This document shows positions 10,836-22,966 of a stretch of DNA of 64,000 nucleotides, one piece after another. Source of the stretch: the human T2T-CHM13v2.0 reference genome, Homo sapiens; assembly GCF_009914755.1 (NCBI RefSeq), contig NC_060927.1; one strand, written 5' to 3'. The notes under the pieces are model-generated. The model was not told where the DNA came from. It saw nothing but the letters and a program-made list of their open reading frames with translations, and made no database searches. The first letter of the stretch is position 1. Each line of letters opens with the position of its first letter. A program made the position numbers and the translations under genes.

Positions 10836-11864
10836 GGATAGGTCACTTTTAATTAAAGAACTTAATGAGAAGAAAACAGTCAGGGAAACAAGAGTTCCAG
10901 GTGGATGGAAGAGCAAAAATACAGCATGTGAGGTAAGAATGAGGTTGGCTCATTTGAGAATCAGCAAAGGGCCTGGTGGCAGGAGTGCAGTGGGCAAGGA
11001 GGAAGGTGGCATGAGATCACATCTGAGAAGTAAGCTGGGGACAGAGCATAGAGCTTTGAGGCTAAAAAGCATGGATTTTGTTTCAGTTCTCCTGAAAGTT
11101 CCACAAAGGGTGACACTCTGCTTATTCACTCTTAAAGCTCCAGTGCCCAGAAGCCTGTCTAACAAACACCTGGCATTCACTTGAGCTCTGCTGAATAGAG
11201 AATGACTGAATGAACACCAGACCTTAAGTTGCCACCTGCTCATATCCCACTGCAAGCTCTACATGGTAAGGACATGTTCCATGGAGACAGAGTGGTTGAG
11301 ATCTCACTTAAACTCTTTAGCTTAGGACTGGCTGGGCTACTAAACTGCATCTATTACCACCTAAATGAAGACACATAACAGGGAGCTAATTATAATGTGT
11401 CTTGCCCTGCTCTTGAAAAATTAAATGTTTTATTGTGATGTTACAATTTGAATTTATTTTCCTTTGTTGGGGAACAAAATTAAACGTAATGAGGGCTGTT
11501 AGTCTCCTCTCAGTTCTGCCTGTATCCTGTACCTTATATCATTTTTACCACTTTGATTAATGGGTTTAATTTACTTCGACTGGGATATGTAGGAATCAGT
11601 AGGTGGGGGGAAGGTGAGACTGTTAAAATCCTTTTAATTAGACTAATAATGCCAAATCTGCATGTGTTAACAAGGGTGCACTATTAATTAGCTTTCGTAG
11701 ATGGCTTCGGGAAAGGTAGCAGAGTAGCTTTGAAATATCCTTTGTGATATCAGGAAATCTATTAAGTTGACAGGCAAAGCATGACATTACATATTTCCTC
11801 AAATGAAGAGCCTTTCATCTCTGAAGACATAGAGAATCTCACATGACAGACCTTTCCCTAGCTT

Positions 11865-12195
11865 GTTGTGTGAGACGTCTTTTATGGACCCTCCAAGTTC
11901 ATTCCTGCCCCTTCTTCGCTCTGCTCTCTGTCCTAGTGCTGACCTACATGGACCATATCAGCAGGGCTTCTCTGTGCTCTGCCTGCTGGTTGGATTTGGC
12001 CAAGAGAAGCCCTAGCAGGAGATCTGGGTATTGAATCTTTGACTTCCCCCACTTTGAGATCACCAGATTTGTCTCCAAAGCTGGCTATGTCCCTTGACCC
12101 AAGCTCATTGCTACTCAAGACAACTTTCTCTATACAAGTCTCTCTCTGCATTCTGCTAATATCTTCCCACTTTTGTTCTCTTCGAGCCTAGGGTA
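11865..12195 (-). mobile_element. LTR33-like ERVL LTR
   Basis: CTGCTCTCTGTCC..GCTGACCTACATGGACCATATCA..TGGTTGGATTTGGCCAA..AGCAGGAGATCTGG. Confidence 0.65.
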
Positions 12196-12557
12196 GACCT
12201 ATCCTAGGATCCTTCTAGGATCCCAGAAGACCCTATGAATTTCTGTGCCGTGCCCTTTCTCCAGATACTTGATACATTTCTCCACTCAAATAATTCTTTT
12301 ATATAACTTTTCATTTTTTTCAGTAGTCTTATTAAATGTGACATTCTATGTTGAATCCTCTCTAGACATGTTTGCAGTGACTTGCTGATATTTCCAATCC
12401 TCTCTGTTAGATTGTCAATCGGTGGGAGCAGGGACTGTTTTCTTTGTTTCCCAAGTGCCCTGTACAGTCACCTCGACAGACATATGCTGAGGCAATAAAT
12501 GAAGAAAGACAAGAGAAATTCACAAACACACCAAAACTAGTTGGCACATCAAGACTT

Positions 12558-13019
12558 CTTTTTTTTTTTTGAGATGGAGTCTTGCTCTGTCACCCAGGCT
12601 GGAATGCAGTGGCGCGATCTCAGATCACTGCAAACTCCGCCTCCTGGGTTTACACCTTTCTCCCAACTCAGCCTCCCGAGTAGCTGGCACTATAAGCACC
12701 TGCCACCATGCCTGGCTAAATCTTTTTTTTTTTTTTGGAGATGGAGTCTCACTCTGTCACCCAGGCTGGAGTGCAGTGACGCGTTCTCTGCTCACTGCAA
12801 ACTCCACCTCCCAGGTTCACACCATTCTCCTGCCTCAGCCTCCTGAGTAGTTGGGACTACAGGCACCCACCACCATGCCTGGCAAATTTTTTTGTATTTT
12901 TAGTAGAAATGGGGTTTCACTGTGTTAGCCAGGATGGTCTCGATCTCCTGACCTCATGATCCACCTGCCTCAGCCTCCCAAAGTGCTGGGATTACAGGAG
13001 TGAGCCAACGCACCTGGCC
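12558..13019 (-). mobile_element. AluY-like element with a duplicated right monomer (three monomers)
   Basis: Right arm 12558-12720, then a complete Alu 12721-13019; single TSD GGCACAT(C/A)AAGACTT at 12543-12557 and 13020-13034. Confidence 0.93.
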
Positions 13020-16000
13020 GGCACATAAAGACTTTAAAAATGTTAAAGTGATAACAGAATTTAATTCTGATGAATGAAGTGGTGATGAAAGTGGGGTTGG
13101 CTGCTAACTGGACGTTGTGTGTGTGAGAGGTGGGGGGAGGGGTGGGATGGGCAGTTTTCAGAATAGGAGACAATATCTGTGAGCTCTATGCTGTCTTGTT
13201 CCAGAACTCAAACTGTGGCAAAGACGCAAAGCCAGGAGAAATTGTCTCGACAACCAAAACAATCTGTAAACTTGGATCAAGAGGACCCATCAATGACAAG
13301 AATACACACGAAAATCTTTTGGCCACTCTTGAAACAGATCATTCTAATCAACATGCAATAACAGTGGGGACACCTGGGCCACAATAAACCCTTTCACAAC
13401 TGTGCCCTTTACCTTGGGCCCTCATAGCCCCTCTGCTGGGATTTGCAAGTCCTCTTCAACAAGGAGTTCCCAAACCAAGGGCCAAGACACATCTGGAGAC
13501 TGTCTCTTGGGTTTGACAGTTGTACTTTTAAGCATTCCTGCCCTTCTGGTTTCTTGATCCTTTGGCTCATTTATGAGAAGCACTGTGTAATCATCTGACC
13601 CTGAGCCAAGAACAGAGGCCTACAGAGGCCCTGGCTAATGTGGGAACTAAGCTTTCAGCTTTGTGGGCTGAGTCTGCTGAGCTAAGCAGCTTCCTAGGAC
13701 TGTCAGAGGATTGGTGCTACTTAAGTGCAGTTGTTCTATTACACTCTTTTCTATGAGTTGGATGAGCCTTTGCGGATTAAACAGTTGTTTGCACTTCCCC
13801 AGTTCCACGCTGACTTTTATAACATATCACCAAAAGGTGTTTCACATTGAATGGAGTGTTATAAGGTTCCATATGGTGAGGTATGGTTTCCTCCTGCCTG
13901 GAGTTCTGAATCATTCTGCAATTTGTGTGAATCTGCTTTGCTATCAGGTAATGAAATAAAATGTACAATTGGTCAGATTTTTTTTCTGAAAGAGCAACTG
14001 CCTACATTTTATCCAGAAGGTGCCAGATAGTGAGTAGGTTGATTATGGATGGCTGTCAAGCAGATGGCACTATGTAACAAGCACTGATTTAAAATCAAGG
14101 ATGATTGTGTTCTGGGGCTCACTGCCACCACCAGTTTCCCCGAGATAATTCTCAAGTAACTCCTCTTTGGATAAATCTTCCCTGACCTCTCTACTCCCTC
14201 CCTTTCCCCCAGTCTGGGTTTGATACCCCTCCCCCCTGCTCCTGTAGTACCCTTAACTTTATGAAGTACTTGAAACAACGATAAAGTGCAAACACAATGG
14301 AAGGTAGAATGAGGATGTAAAACACTTTGATGTTTCAAAAAATAGTATTTCTCATCACTTCTAGTTTAAAGTCTCATCGTTCATGTCAATACGATCCCAC
14401 CAAGGTAACTATGTTTCTGGTATTTTAGCCTCATTGATTCTGGATTCTCCTCTCTAGGTTCTTGAAGATGGGGCAAGGTACTGTCCCAACATCAGAGGAA
14501 GGATGTCCAAATCCTTCTGGTTCCTGTGCTATTCTTGATCCTTACTGGCCTCCAAGTAGAAGGCCCTTGCTCCAAGGGTCCCTCACCATCCCATTCTGGC
14601 ATATGGTGAGGTATGCCTGGCCCTGCCAGATCTTTGGGATGTGGTGCTGGCTGTCACTGCTGAAGTCCATGGCCCCTCTGCCACCTTCCTCTGATACCAC
14701 TAAACTCAGCAAAGAAGACTGGAGATGTATGTTACACATGTGACTATTGTAATGAATTCAGATATGCTTTTCTTCTGATACAGAAAATATTTTATAATTA
14801 AAAGAAGATGGTTCCTTATATATGTGCCTTTTCAATGGCCATCAACAATTCATAGCTACAGATTCTGCTATGTCTGCATAGCAACAGACTCAGTCTGCTT
14901 ATACCTTATGAATTATAAATTTACTCATGGACGAGTGTGTGTTGTTCTCTCAAAGGTTTGATTATTTAGATTCATTAAGTGTTGTACTCGAAAGAAATAA
15001 GACTGGTAACTGTATTTTAATAAAGTATTTAAATACCTAAACATGTTAATATTTTAACAGATATAAGAGTGTATTGTGCTGTAGGTACAGGTATTTATTA
15101 TTGTTGTTATTGTTTTTAAATAGAGTAGGACTTCGAAAGGAAACCACAAGGAACTTTAAGTCCTGCTTTTAATCACCGTCACCTTATTTTACAAAGAAAA
15201 ATATATTTCATTCATGTAAGTTGCTATTCATATTTAGTTATATATTTCTACATTATGAAGAAAGTATTCACCCTGAGGCGGGGAAAACAGAATCCCCACT
15301 TAGCTCCTATTGAATGCCTCCATCCTGGAATACTGTACGACCGACACATGCATTGGAATTATTCATGCTGCTTGTATACCTTGGGAGATGAACACCTTGA
15401 AGACAAACTCAGAATTTCAGTAAGTCTAATCTTGATTATTATTTTTGCAATATCTGAAAGTATATGGTCAATAATCCAAACTAGCAGATAATTTAAAATG
15501 ATTTAAATTTAACTGTGAAATATGTTATATATCTAATCCCCTCTAGACACAATTATGTTTTACCTACATTTGTATTTAAATTGATTTAAATACTAACTAG
15601 TGTGGGGCAAGCTAAGTTATCAGGTAAAAATGAGCTTGGAACAAAATACAACAGGCAAAGTAGATTAAAGATTAAGACACAATTTCATTTTCTATTACTC
15701 TTTAACTTCTAGGCAAGCTTACTATATTAAAAAGCCACATTTGTCACATTGTTCTCAGATAATATTTTTTTCTTTCAGATGAAAGTGACACACGAATGTT
15801 AAAAGTCACAAAATACAGCCAAATACCAACTTTTATTTCATTAGTCCATGTCCACAATTAGTCCACCAATTTGTTCCATATTTCAACCAAACTTAATAAT
15901 TTGAACTTGCCCCAAATGACTTAAAGTTTCTGAACTTTGTATTATGCTTTCTTCTTTGCCAGACACACTTTCTCTGCCCTTGCCATGTGATTTAGAGCTC

Positions 16001-16909
16001 CTCCAAGTCAGGAGGGTGTGATAGAAATGGCTTCTGGGATTTGGAGCTTGATAGGGATCACACACATACACACACACCTCCAGCCCCCAAAACTTTGCAA
16101 TAATGACCAATAATAATTGTGCCCTCCTCTAAGACAGCCATTGTGTGTGCGCTTGACATGTGTTATTGCCTAACACTTTGCATTGTGTTGAGGTTTGGAA
16201 ACTGTCAGAAATATTTAAGGCACTGCCTAGGAAACAAACTAAGCTCATGTCTCAAACACCAGAAAGTACTCTATAATCTTATATTTGGGGAAATCTAAGA
16301 CTCAGAGCAAGACATAAAAAATAAAATAATAATTTTAAGAAAAAGAGCTAGACAGATCATTTACCTTAAAAAAATAAATAAGCTGCAATTTATGACCCAT
16401 CACTGTCTCCTACCTTAGCCTTGTTTTACGGCTTCACGCAAGTACTAAAGCATGTTTAGTCAACACAAACCTTGGGATTAAGGGTTACACACTGTCAATG
16501 GCTTAGGCTTACCTCTGTGGTGTAAATTACAATAAATCCTTATTTATTTATACTGAACACTGGAAAACACAATAGATAGAATCTGTAACTTATAAGAAAA
16601 GATAAAACACAATCTCACTAAATTTTATGAAAGACCACTGCATCTTGTCTAACTTTGAACCATCACAGCGTTTTGCTGAATCTTCTAACATGAAATTTCT
16701 TCTTGCTTTGTAGGTTTTGTTTGTCTTAATCTCTTTACTAAACACTAAGCAATCTAAATTAGAAAAAATAATGCCACAGCATTCAGCCTAGTGTCCCACA
16801 AATGACTGAATCTCAAAACTGTCTCTTGAATTGAATTTTGCCTGCAGATAATACAGACCTGAACACACTTGACAGCCATTGAAAATGCTTCTTTCCCCTC
16901 ATATTTAAG

Positions 16910-17110
16910 AAATGGAATAGCCTAATGGTCAACAGAAAACCACCGTAACTCAAATCCTATCTCTGTCACATACAAGTTGTTTAACTTTAGACAAGTCTTT
17001 CTGTGCCTCAGTTCTCTCATTAGTCAAATAGTTAAAAAAAATTGAGATGTAAATATATCAATATATGTAAGATGCCTCAGAAAGTGCCTAGAATGTAGCA
17101 AACACTTTAC
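16910..17110 (+). mobile_element. MIR SINE
   Basis: TCAAATCCTATCTCTGTCAC..CTGTGCCTCAGTTCTCTCAT..AGTGCCTAG. Confidence 0.7.
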
Positions 17111-19214
17111 AAGTATTAATTATTATCATTATTATTATCCTAGTTTAACTCTCTGCAAAAATTGAGTTGAGACTTCAAAGGAATGGCTAACTAAAAATAC
17201 GCATGCCTCACAAAGGATATTTGTTTCCAAGAGACCACAAATTTATAAATCTTCCTCCTCTCTTTCCCTGATGGTCAAATACATGGACCCATTTTGGAAA
17301 TGTAATTTCCTACTGTCTGTGAAGGTAACACCCCTGCCTGTTCTCCTAAAGTACTCATGCAAATTAAACAGAATGAACTTATGGAAAAAGAGACAGAGTA
17401 TGTAGGGCCTCTAGAGATGGCTGTCTGATTTTTTGTTGGGCTTATCTTCTGATTTCATTTCGATTTGGGATATAAGACCAGGGGTGTTTTGTGGTTAGTG
17501 TGAGGTCAAGGACAGAAAACAAATCCAGTGGACAATACTACCTCATCGGAGAGCAGAAAATCATAACAATTTAATACAGCATCAATGTGGCTGATTAACA
17601 GTCCAAAAATTAGTATTTTTCTTTTTCATTCTGATTAGGAATAAGATAGTAGCCTTACTTTGAAAAGCCCAAGAATAACAGGTATTCCACAAACAGGTTA
17701 ACACTGAGTTTCTTCATTAGGGACTCCTCCCCTTCCCATCCTTCTCTCTCTTCTTTCTCTGTTTTACTGTACACCTCAACACCTGTGAGGAGATCATGTA
17801 TAAGCAGAAAAGGGAGCCAGTCTCCTGTGTTGTAGAATTAATGAGGTGTCCAAAGGGCCCCATCTCATTCCTTTTTCTCTAATTCCTTCTTGAATTTAAA
17901 GGCCTTGTCTAGCTTAAATACTTCATTTACCATAAAAATTACTTACTGGGGCTTTTTAACACACTTTGTTCAATCTTTAGCAGATAAAGCAGACCAAAAA
18001 CTAAGGATATAGAAGAGTTGGGAAATATAATAGAAAATTTTGCTTTCATAGCTATGTGTTAAAATTTATTTCCTAGAGAGAGACTACATTTTTTACTAGG
18101 CCTCAAAGAACATCTCAACAAAATCCTGAAATTGGAAATTATATAGGCCTGGCAGATGAGCAGAGAGGAACGTAGTTAATAAGGTCAGGGTGGGTAATTT
18201 TTAAGAGGGCCCACTCATGCAAGGGTTGAGGGAAGAACCTCCATGAGGAAGGTCGGCATGGGGTAAGGGCATGTCAGTGGTGGTACACTTTGTAGAGGAG
18301 GACACATGTAAAATGGCACTATCATTTGATTACCTTCTTTATGAGTCTCTTGGACAAATACTAATGTTTCAATTACATATCACTGTTGTTTTCTCTAGCA
18401 ACTTTTCATTGCAGTCTTCCCCAATGTGGTGTCAATATATTACCTTACAAAATTGTTAAAATGTGACAGTTTAGAAAAATGTGCTCTAGTGGAGCTCTTT
18501 TCCCACCATACCTTCCATTCGTAGCCATGCATCTGGGTTATTACCAAGAACTTTGACTGGGGAGGAAGAGGGTGGGACATATCTAAGAACTGAGCTGGAA
18601 AGCCAATGGAAATCAAATTTTGCTGAGCGGAGCTATTGGGCTACTATGGGCAATTCAAATACTTACTCAAAGCATCAGAAATATGACTTAAACCTGGTCT
18701 TGATTTCAGTGTTGTAGGGAAGAAAGAGAGAGAGAGAGGCAAGTATAGTCCAACCCAGTAAGAGTTATAGAAATGTTATTGGTCCAGGAAGGGAGTACTG
18801 ATTGGTGAGAAATGGAAGGGATTGCTAGCAATACAGGGAAGAAGTAACTTTCTTAGCTGGTCCAATAAGAAAAGGGTGAGCAGAAAGACTGAGGGAAGAA
18901 CCTTAGATAAGTCTTGCAAAGAAGAAAGACCATAGTCGATAGACAGTTTTGGGAACCCCAAAGACCTTCAAAATAAGTACTCCAGTGACTAATGACAGTA
19001 TATGCTTACTCTAGCTTTCTTGACATTCAGGAGGAAACAACCAAAATCCTTTCTCTTAACAGACCTGTGAAGGCAATCTGCTTCTAAGATAGATTTCAGC
19101 CCCTAGGGTGGAAACACCACACCTTTACCAAAACTCTTCAAATTCAGTTAAGGGTAGGAACATCTCATTTTTTCCTTCTGATTATCCATGGCATTCCTAG
19201 TTGTATCCTTTTTA

Positions 19215-19555
19215 TATCATAAAAAGAAACACATTATGATTATAAAAGTAATGCATATTGAAAAAATACAAAAAAGAAAACAATAAAGTCAGTAATAACT
19301 CTGTTACCCAAAGATAACCACTGTGTGTAATATTGTGGTATGTATTGCTTTTTCCCTATACATATGTATATATTAAACAAAATTTAAATTATTAACAAAA
19401 TTAGACATAAGCATTTAAGAACCTGCTATATCCCCGTATCATGAAATTTCTTCTGCAGTATCAGTCATACTGCATAGTATTCCACATTATGGATATTCTA
19501 TTTTTAATGTTCTATTCTTGACCATCTTAGATTATTTCCAATTTTCACAAACTTT
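19215..19555 (-). mobile_element. Old L1ME fragment
   Basis: CCCAAAGATAACCACTGT..CTGCATAGTATTCCAC..ATTATTTCCAATTTT. Confidence 0.55.
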
Positions 19556-20358
19556 AACCACTTTTTGACTAATTAGACTTTCTCTGGCCTTCTTCTTCTC
19601 GTAGACAAACCCCTCAGGGTCTATTCATGGAAGCCTGGTTGGGTCTCTTCTTTTGGAGAACTAATAAATTAGTCCACACAACTGAACTTGCTGAAGGTAA
19701 ATTTGGAGTTGGCCAACTTTTGCTGTATAACAAGCAGTGTTTGTGTACAGTGTCTGTTAGGCATTTTACTATCCACTGGCTAATATGTTCAGGGCAGGAA
19801 CATCCCTTTCTACCCCATGGCTCTCCCTTTTCTCTACATGCAAGGAAGTATGTAACTGGGCACAGTGCTGCTTTGATCTGGTTTTCATTATGTGATAATT
19901 GTGGACTTTCTAAATTGTAAATGTCTGTGACTTTTTCCCCAGCAGTCAGACAATCTATGCTCTGGGAAAATTAAAGGGAAAAATCTCAGGTAACAAGAGG
20001 AGCAACATGAAGCAATACTTTGCTATAATCATCCTCTTACTAGCTGAGGTCCAAAATGCTGTATTGAGTGAAATAACATGATTAGAGTTAAATAAATAAT
20101 GACAGCTAAGAGAGAAATCAGCTAGAAAGAAGTTATTTCAGCCTATTAAGAAAGGAGATGAGATGTTGCTCAAAGGAAAAAGGCCCGTATATGAAGAGTG
20201 TCAAAATAAAGGAATGAAAAAAGAAATAAATGAAGTCTGAAGAGCATGCTAGAAAAGGCAGATGGATAATTTTAAGCAAAATGTGTTGCACAGTGGGATT
20301 GGAGCTGAATGGGAGGAGGTTTGATTGTGTAAGCAGTTCCAGGTTTCTTGCTTTATAA

Positions 20359-20583
20359 CAGGGATCTGCAACCTTTTTCTCTAAAGGGCTAGATAGTAAA
20401 TATTTTAGGTTTTGTAGGTCAGAATATCTCTCACTCTACTACTCAATGCTGTCATTGTAACATGAAGGCAGGCATAGACACCACCTAACAAATGGGTGTC
20501 TCTATGTTCCAATAAAACTTTATAAAATCTGATGGTAAGCTGGATATAGCCCACAGGCTGTAGTTCTGTAGTTCTGACTCCTG
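20359..20583 (+). mobile_element. MER58A (hAT-Charlie)
   Basis: CAGGGATCTGCAACCTTTTTCTCTAAAGGGCTAGATAGTAAATATTTTAGG..GTTCCAATAAAACTTTAT. Confidence 0.85.
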
Positions 20584-20635
20584 GTTTAGATGATCAAAGT
20601 GGTGGCAGTTCCTTTCTCCATTGAATGGGACTCAT

Positions 20636-20732
20636 ATTAGTTTGGTGCAAAAGTCATTAATTTTGCAATTACCTTAATTAAAGGTGCCATTACCTTTAAG
20701 GGAAAAGACCACAATGACTTTTGCACCAAAGT
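20636..20732. mobile_element. MADE1 (Hsmar1 mariner MITE) with rearranged centre
   Basis: TATTAG-TTTGGTGCAAAAGTCATT ... AATGACTTTTGCACCAAA inverted repeats resembling Hsmar1 TIRs. Confidence 0.9.
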
Positions 20733-22668
20733 TTGGTGTTTGTGAGGATTAAATAACAAGTGTGAAAAGTCCTAACACAGTGCTTAGCACAAGGTCCACA
20801 CTCAAATGTTATCTCACCCACCGTCTTTCAAGTCAGTGATCATACTCCACAGGGAAGCATTCATGGCTTCAGTTAATCGTGCATATAAATTGAAGACAGA
20901 AAAACAGGTAGAAAAGAAAGACATGATAAATGAAAGGTCATTATTGATTTTGGTTTGGTTTTTCAATACATACAACTCAGGACAAATCATTAAAATGCAT
21001 CTTCTTGCAAACTGAAGAAACAGAGCAAAGTACAACTACAAAAACAAATTATCTCAGGTTGATATAATTTTCATTTTCATGACAATAGGCTCATTTTCCT
21101 CATCTTTCATTGAGCTTGTTAAACTTTAAGAAAATCCCTACTTTTAAGAAATGATTTTTTTTAACAGTAGAGGCAGAAATATACTGATATAGGTGAATTG
21201 TACTTAACCAAAATTGTAAAATCGTCTATTTAACATTGTTAATTTCAGTTAAATGGCATCTCAATTTTGACTGGAAGTAGAATCACTCTGGTTTTGGTTT
21301 TTCATAGACTCTGAGTAGCACCACTGCAGGTTCTTTGAAGCATTTCTAAATGAGGTAATTTTATTTTACAAGGGGTTTCTTGTAAAAATTATTGTCTTTC
21401 TGTACATCTAATTAAAATAAAGATGTAATAAAGAATTTACTGTTTTAATTAGGGCATAGATCTTAAAGCAATTATCCTGTCATTAATAATTCCTTAACAG
21501 ACTTTCTTGCACAAGATGAATAAAAAGATTTTTAAGCTGTGAAAAATCAATACACATTACTCATTTACATTAACAAAGCTACACAAAGTAATCTGAGCCT
21601 TCATTAAATTATTTCTCCTGTAAACCAGAGAAGTTTGGAGAGTTATTAGCTATTTATAACCTAGTGGAACTTCACTTACAAGAGAGAAATCTTACCCATG
21701 ACTGGGCAGTTGTATCAATGTCATTTAAATGAACAGCCAAATAGGATTAATATATTAGTGAGTGGAAATAGATTGATATGGTCCATAAGGATGACTAAAT
21801 GATGAAAGCTATCATCATGGTGTTATAATATGAATGATTCAGCACTCCATCTGAAAATTACATGTCTTAACAGTTTTTTTTCAGTGTTGTAATTAAAGTC
21901 CCTCCCCTCCATACCCCCACCATCTGCCATATACACATTTGGCTGTCTTTTAGGCAATGTAGCATCTAGGAGACACTAAGATCACTGAGCTTAAAATACA
22001 ATCATGAAGGTATCTCAAGTAGTATTGCCAGACTTTGGTATTTTCTATAATTTCATCTAATATTATAGGATAATCTGGGAAGGGCAAAACCAAACCAAAC
22101 AAAAACTCAAAATGATTTTTTTTTGTTAGAAAAGGAAAGGCTATGTTGTTATGAGAAGCCATTAAGAAGAAGAAAAAATATTTTGCAATCTAAATTTTAG
22201 TTACATTGTCCCTAATTGATAATTTGGAGGCAGATGGAAACCCTTACATGTGAAAGCAAAAGGTCCAAGACCACATATTGTCCAGTTTCCCTGCGGAAGA
22301 ATTGTCTAAGAAATTAAATGAATCAATCCGTAACTGCAACAGGGACTTTGGGTCCTTGTTCCTGTCTGTGTTGTTTCCTGAGCCCATCAAGGTGACGGTT
22401 AGTGGGAAGAGGTATTAACACAAGTTCTTGTTGGGTCATTTGGTAAAGCCCTCAATTAGCATGGCCAGATTTTAATGAATATTAAGTAATGATGATGAAA
22501 TTAAAAGCATCCGGAAAGACAGCAGTAATCAAACCGGTCTGTGAACGTATGGCTGAAAAAGCTGTTCTGGGGTCCTTGTGAGAAATTTGCTCCAGGACCC
22601 TTATAAGAATTTAGAGAGGATTGCTCACCAATTTTTCATTATATATATATGCCTGTTTCAATATATAT

Positions 22669-22966
22669 AAAACAGGCTTAATGGACTCACAGTTCCACAT
22701 GGCTGGGAGGCCTCACAATCATGGCAGAAGGTAAAAGGCACTTCTTACATGGCAGCAGGCAACAGAGAATGAGAGCCAAGTGAAAGAGGAAACCCTTATA
22801 AAATCATCAGATCTCATGAGGCTTATTCACTACCACAAGAACATTATAGGAGAAACCATCCCCATGATTCAATTATCTCCCACTGTGTTCCTCCCACAAT
22901 ATGTGGGAATTATGGGAGCTACAGTTCTAAGACGAGATTTGGGTGGGGACATAGCCAAACCATATC
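22669..22966 (-). mobile_element. THE1C 3' LTR, missing its terminal ~60-70 bp
   Basis: AATGGACTCACAGTTCCACATGGCTGG..AGAGAATGAGAGCCAAGTGAAA..GGGAATTATGGGAGCTACA..GCCAAACCATATC. Confidence 0.9.

Larger units (their letters stand above)
8718..11085 (-). mobile_element. L2 3' region (antisense), host to nested MLT1, Tigger4 and L1PA insertions
   Basis: CATTCATTCATTCA tail at ~8721; L2 resumes ~9780-10030 (ACAAACATTTGTTG..TGTGCTAGGC) and 10848-11085. Confidence 0.7.

Noticed and set aside
253-11184. ORFs 253-456, 1107-1538, 2194-2505, 10140-10916 and 10753-11184
   Set aside because: They are fragments or alternate frames of truncated L1 and L2 copies; there is no intact ORF1 or ORF2.
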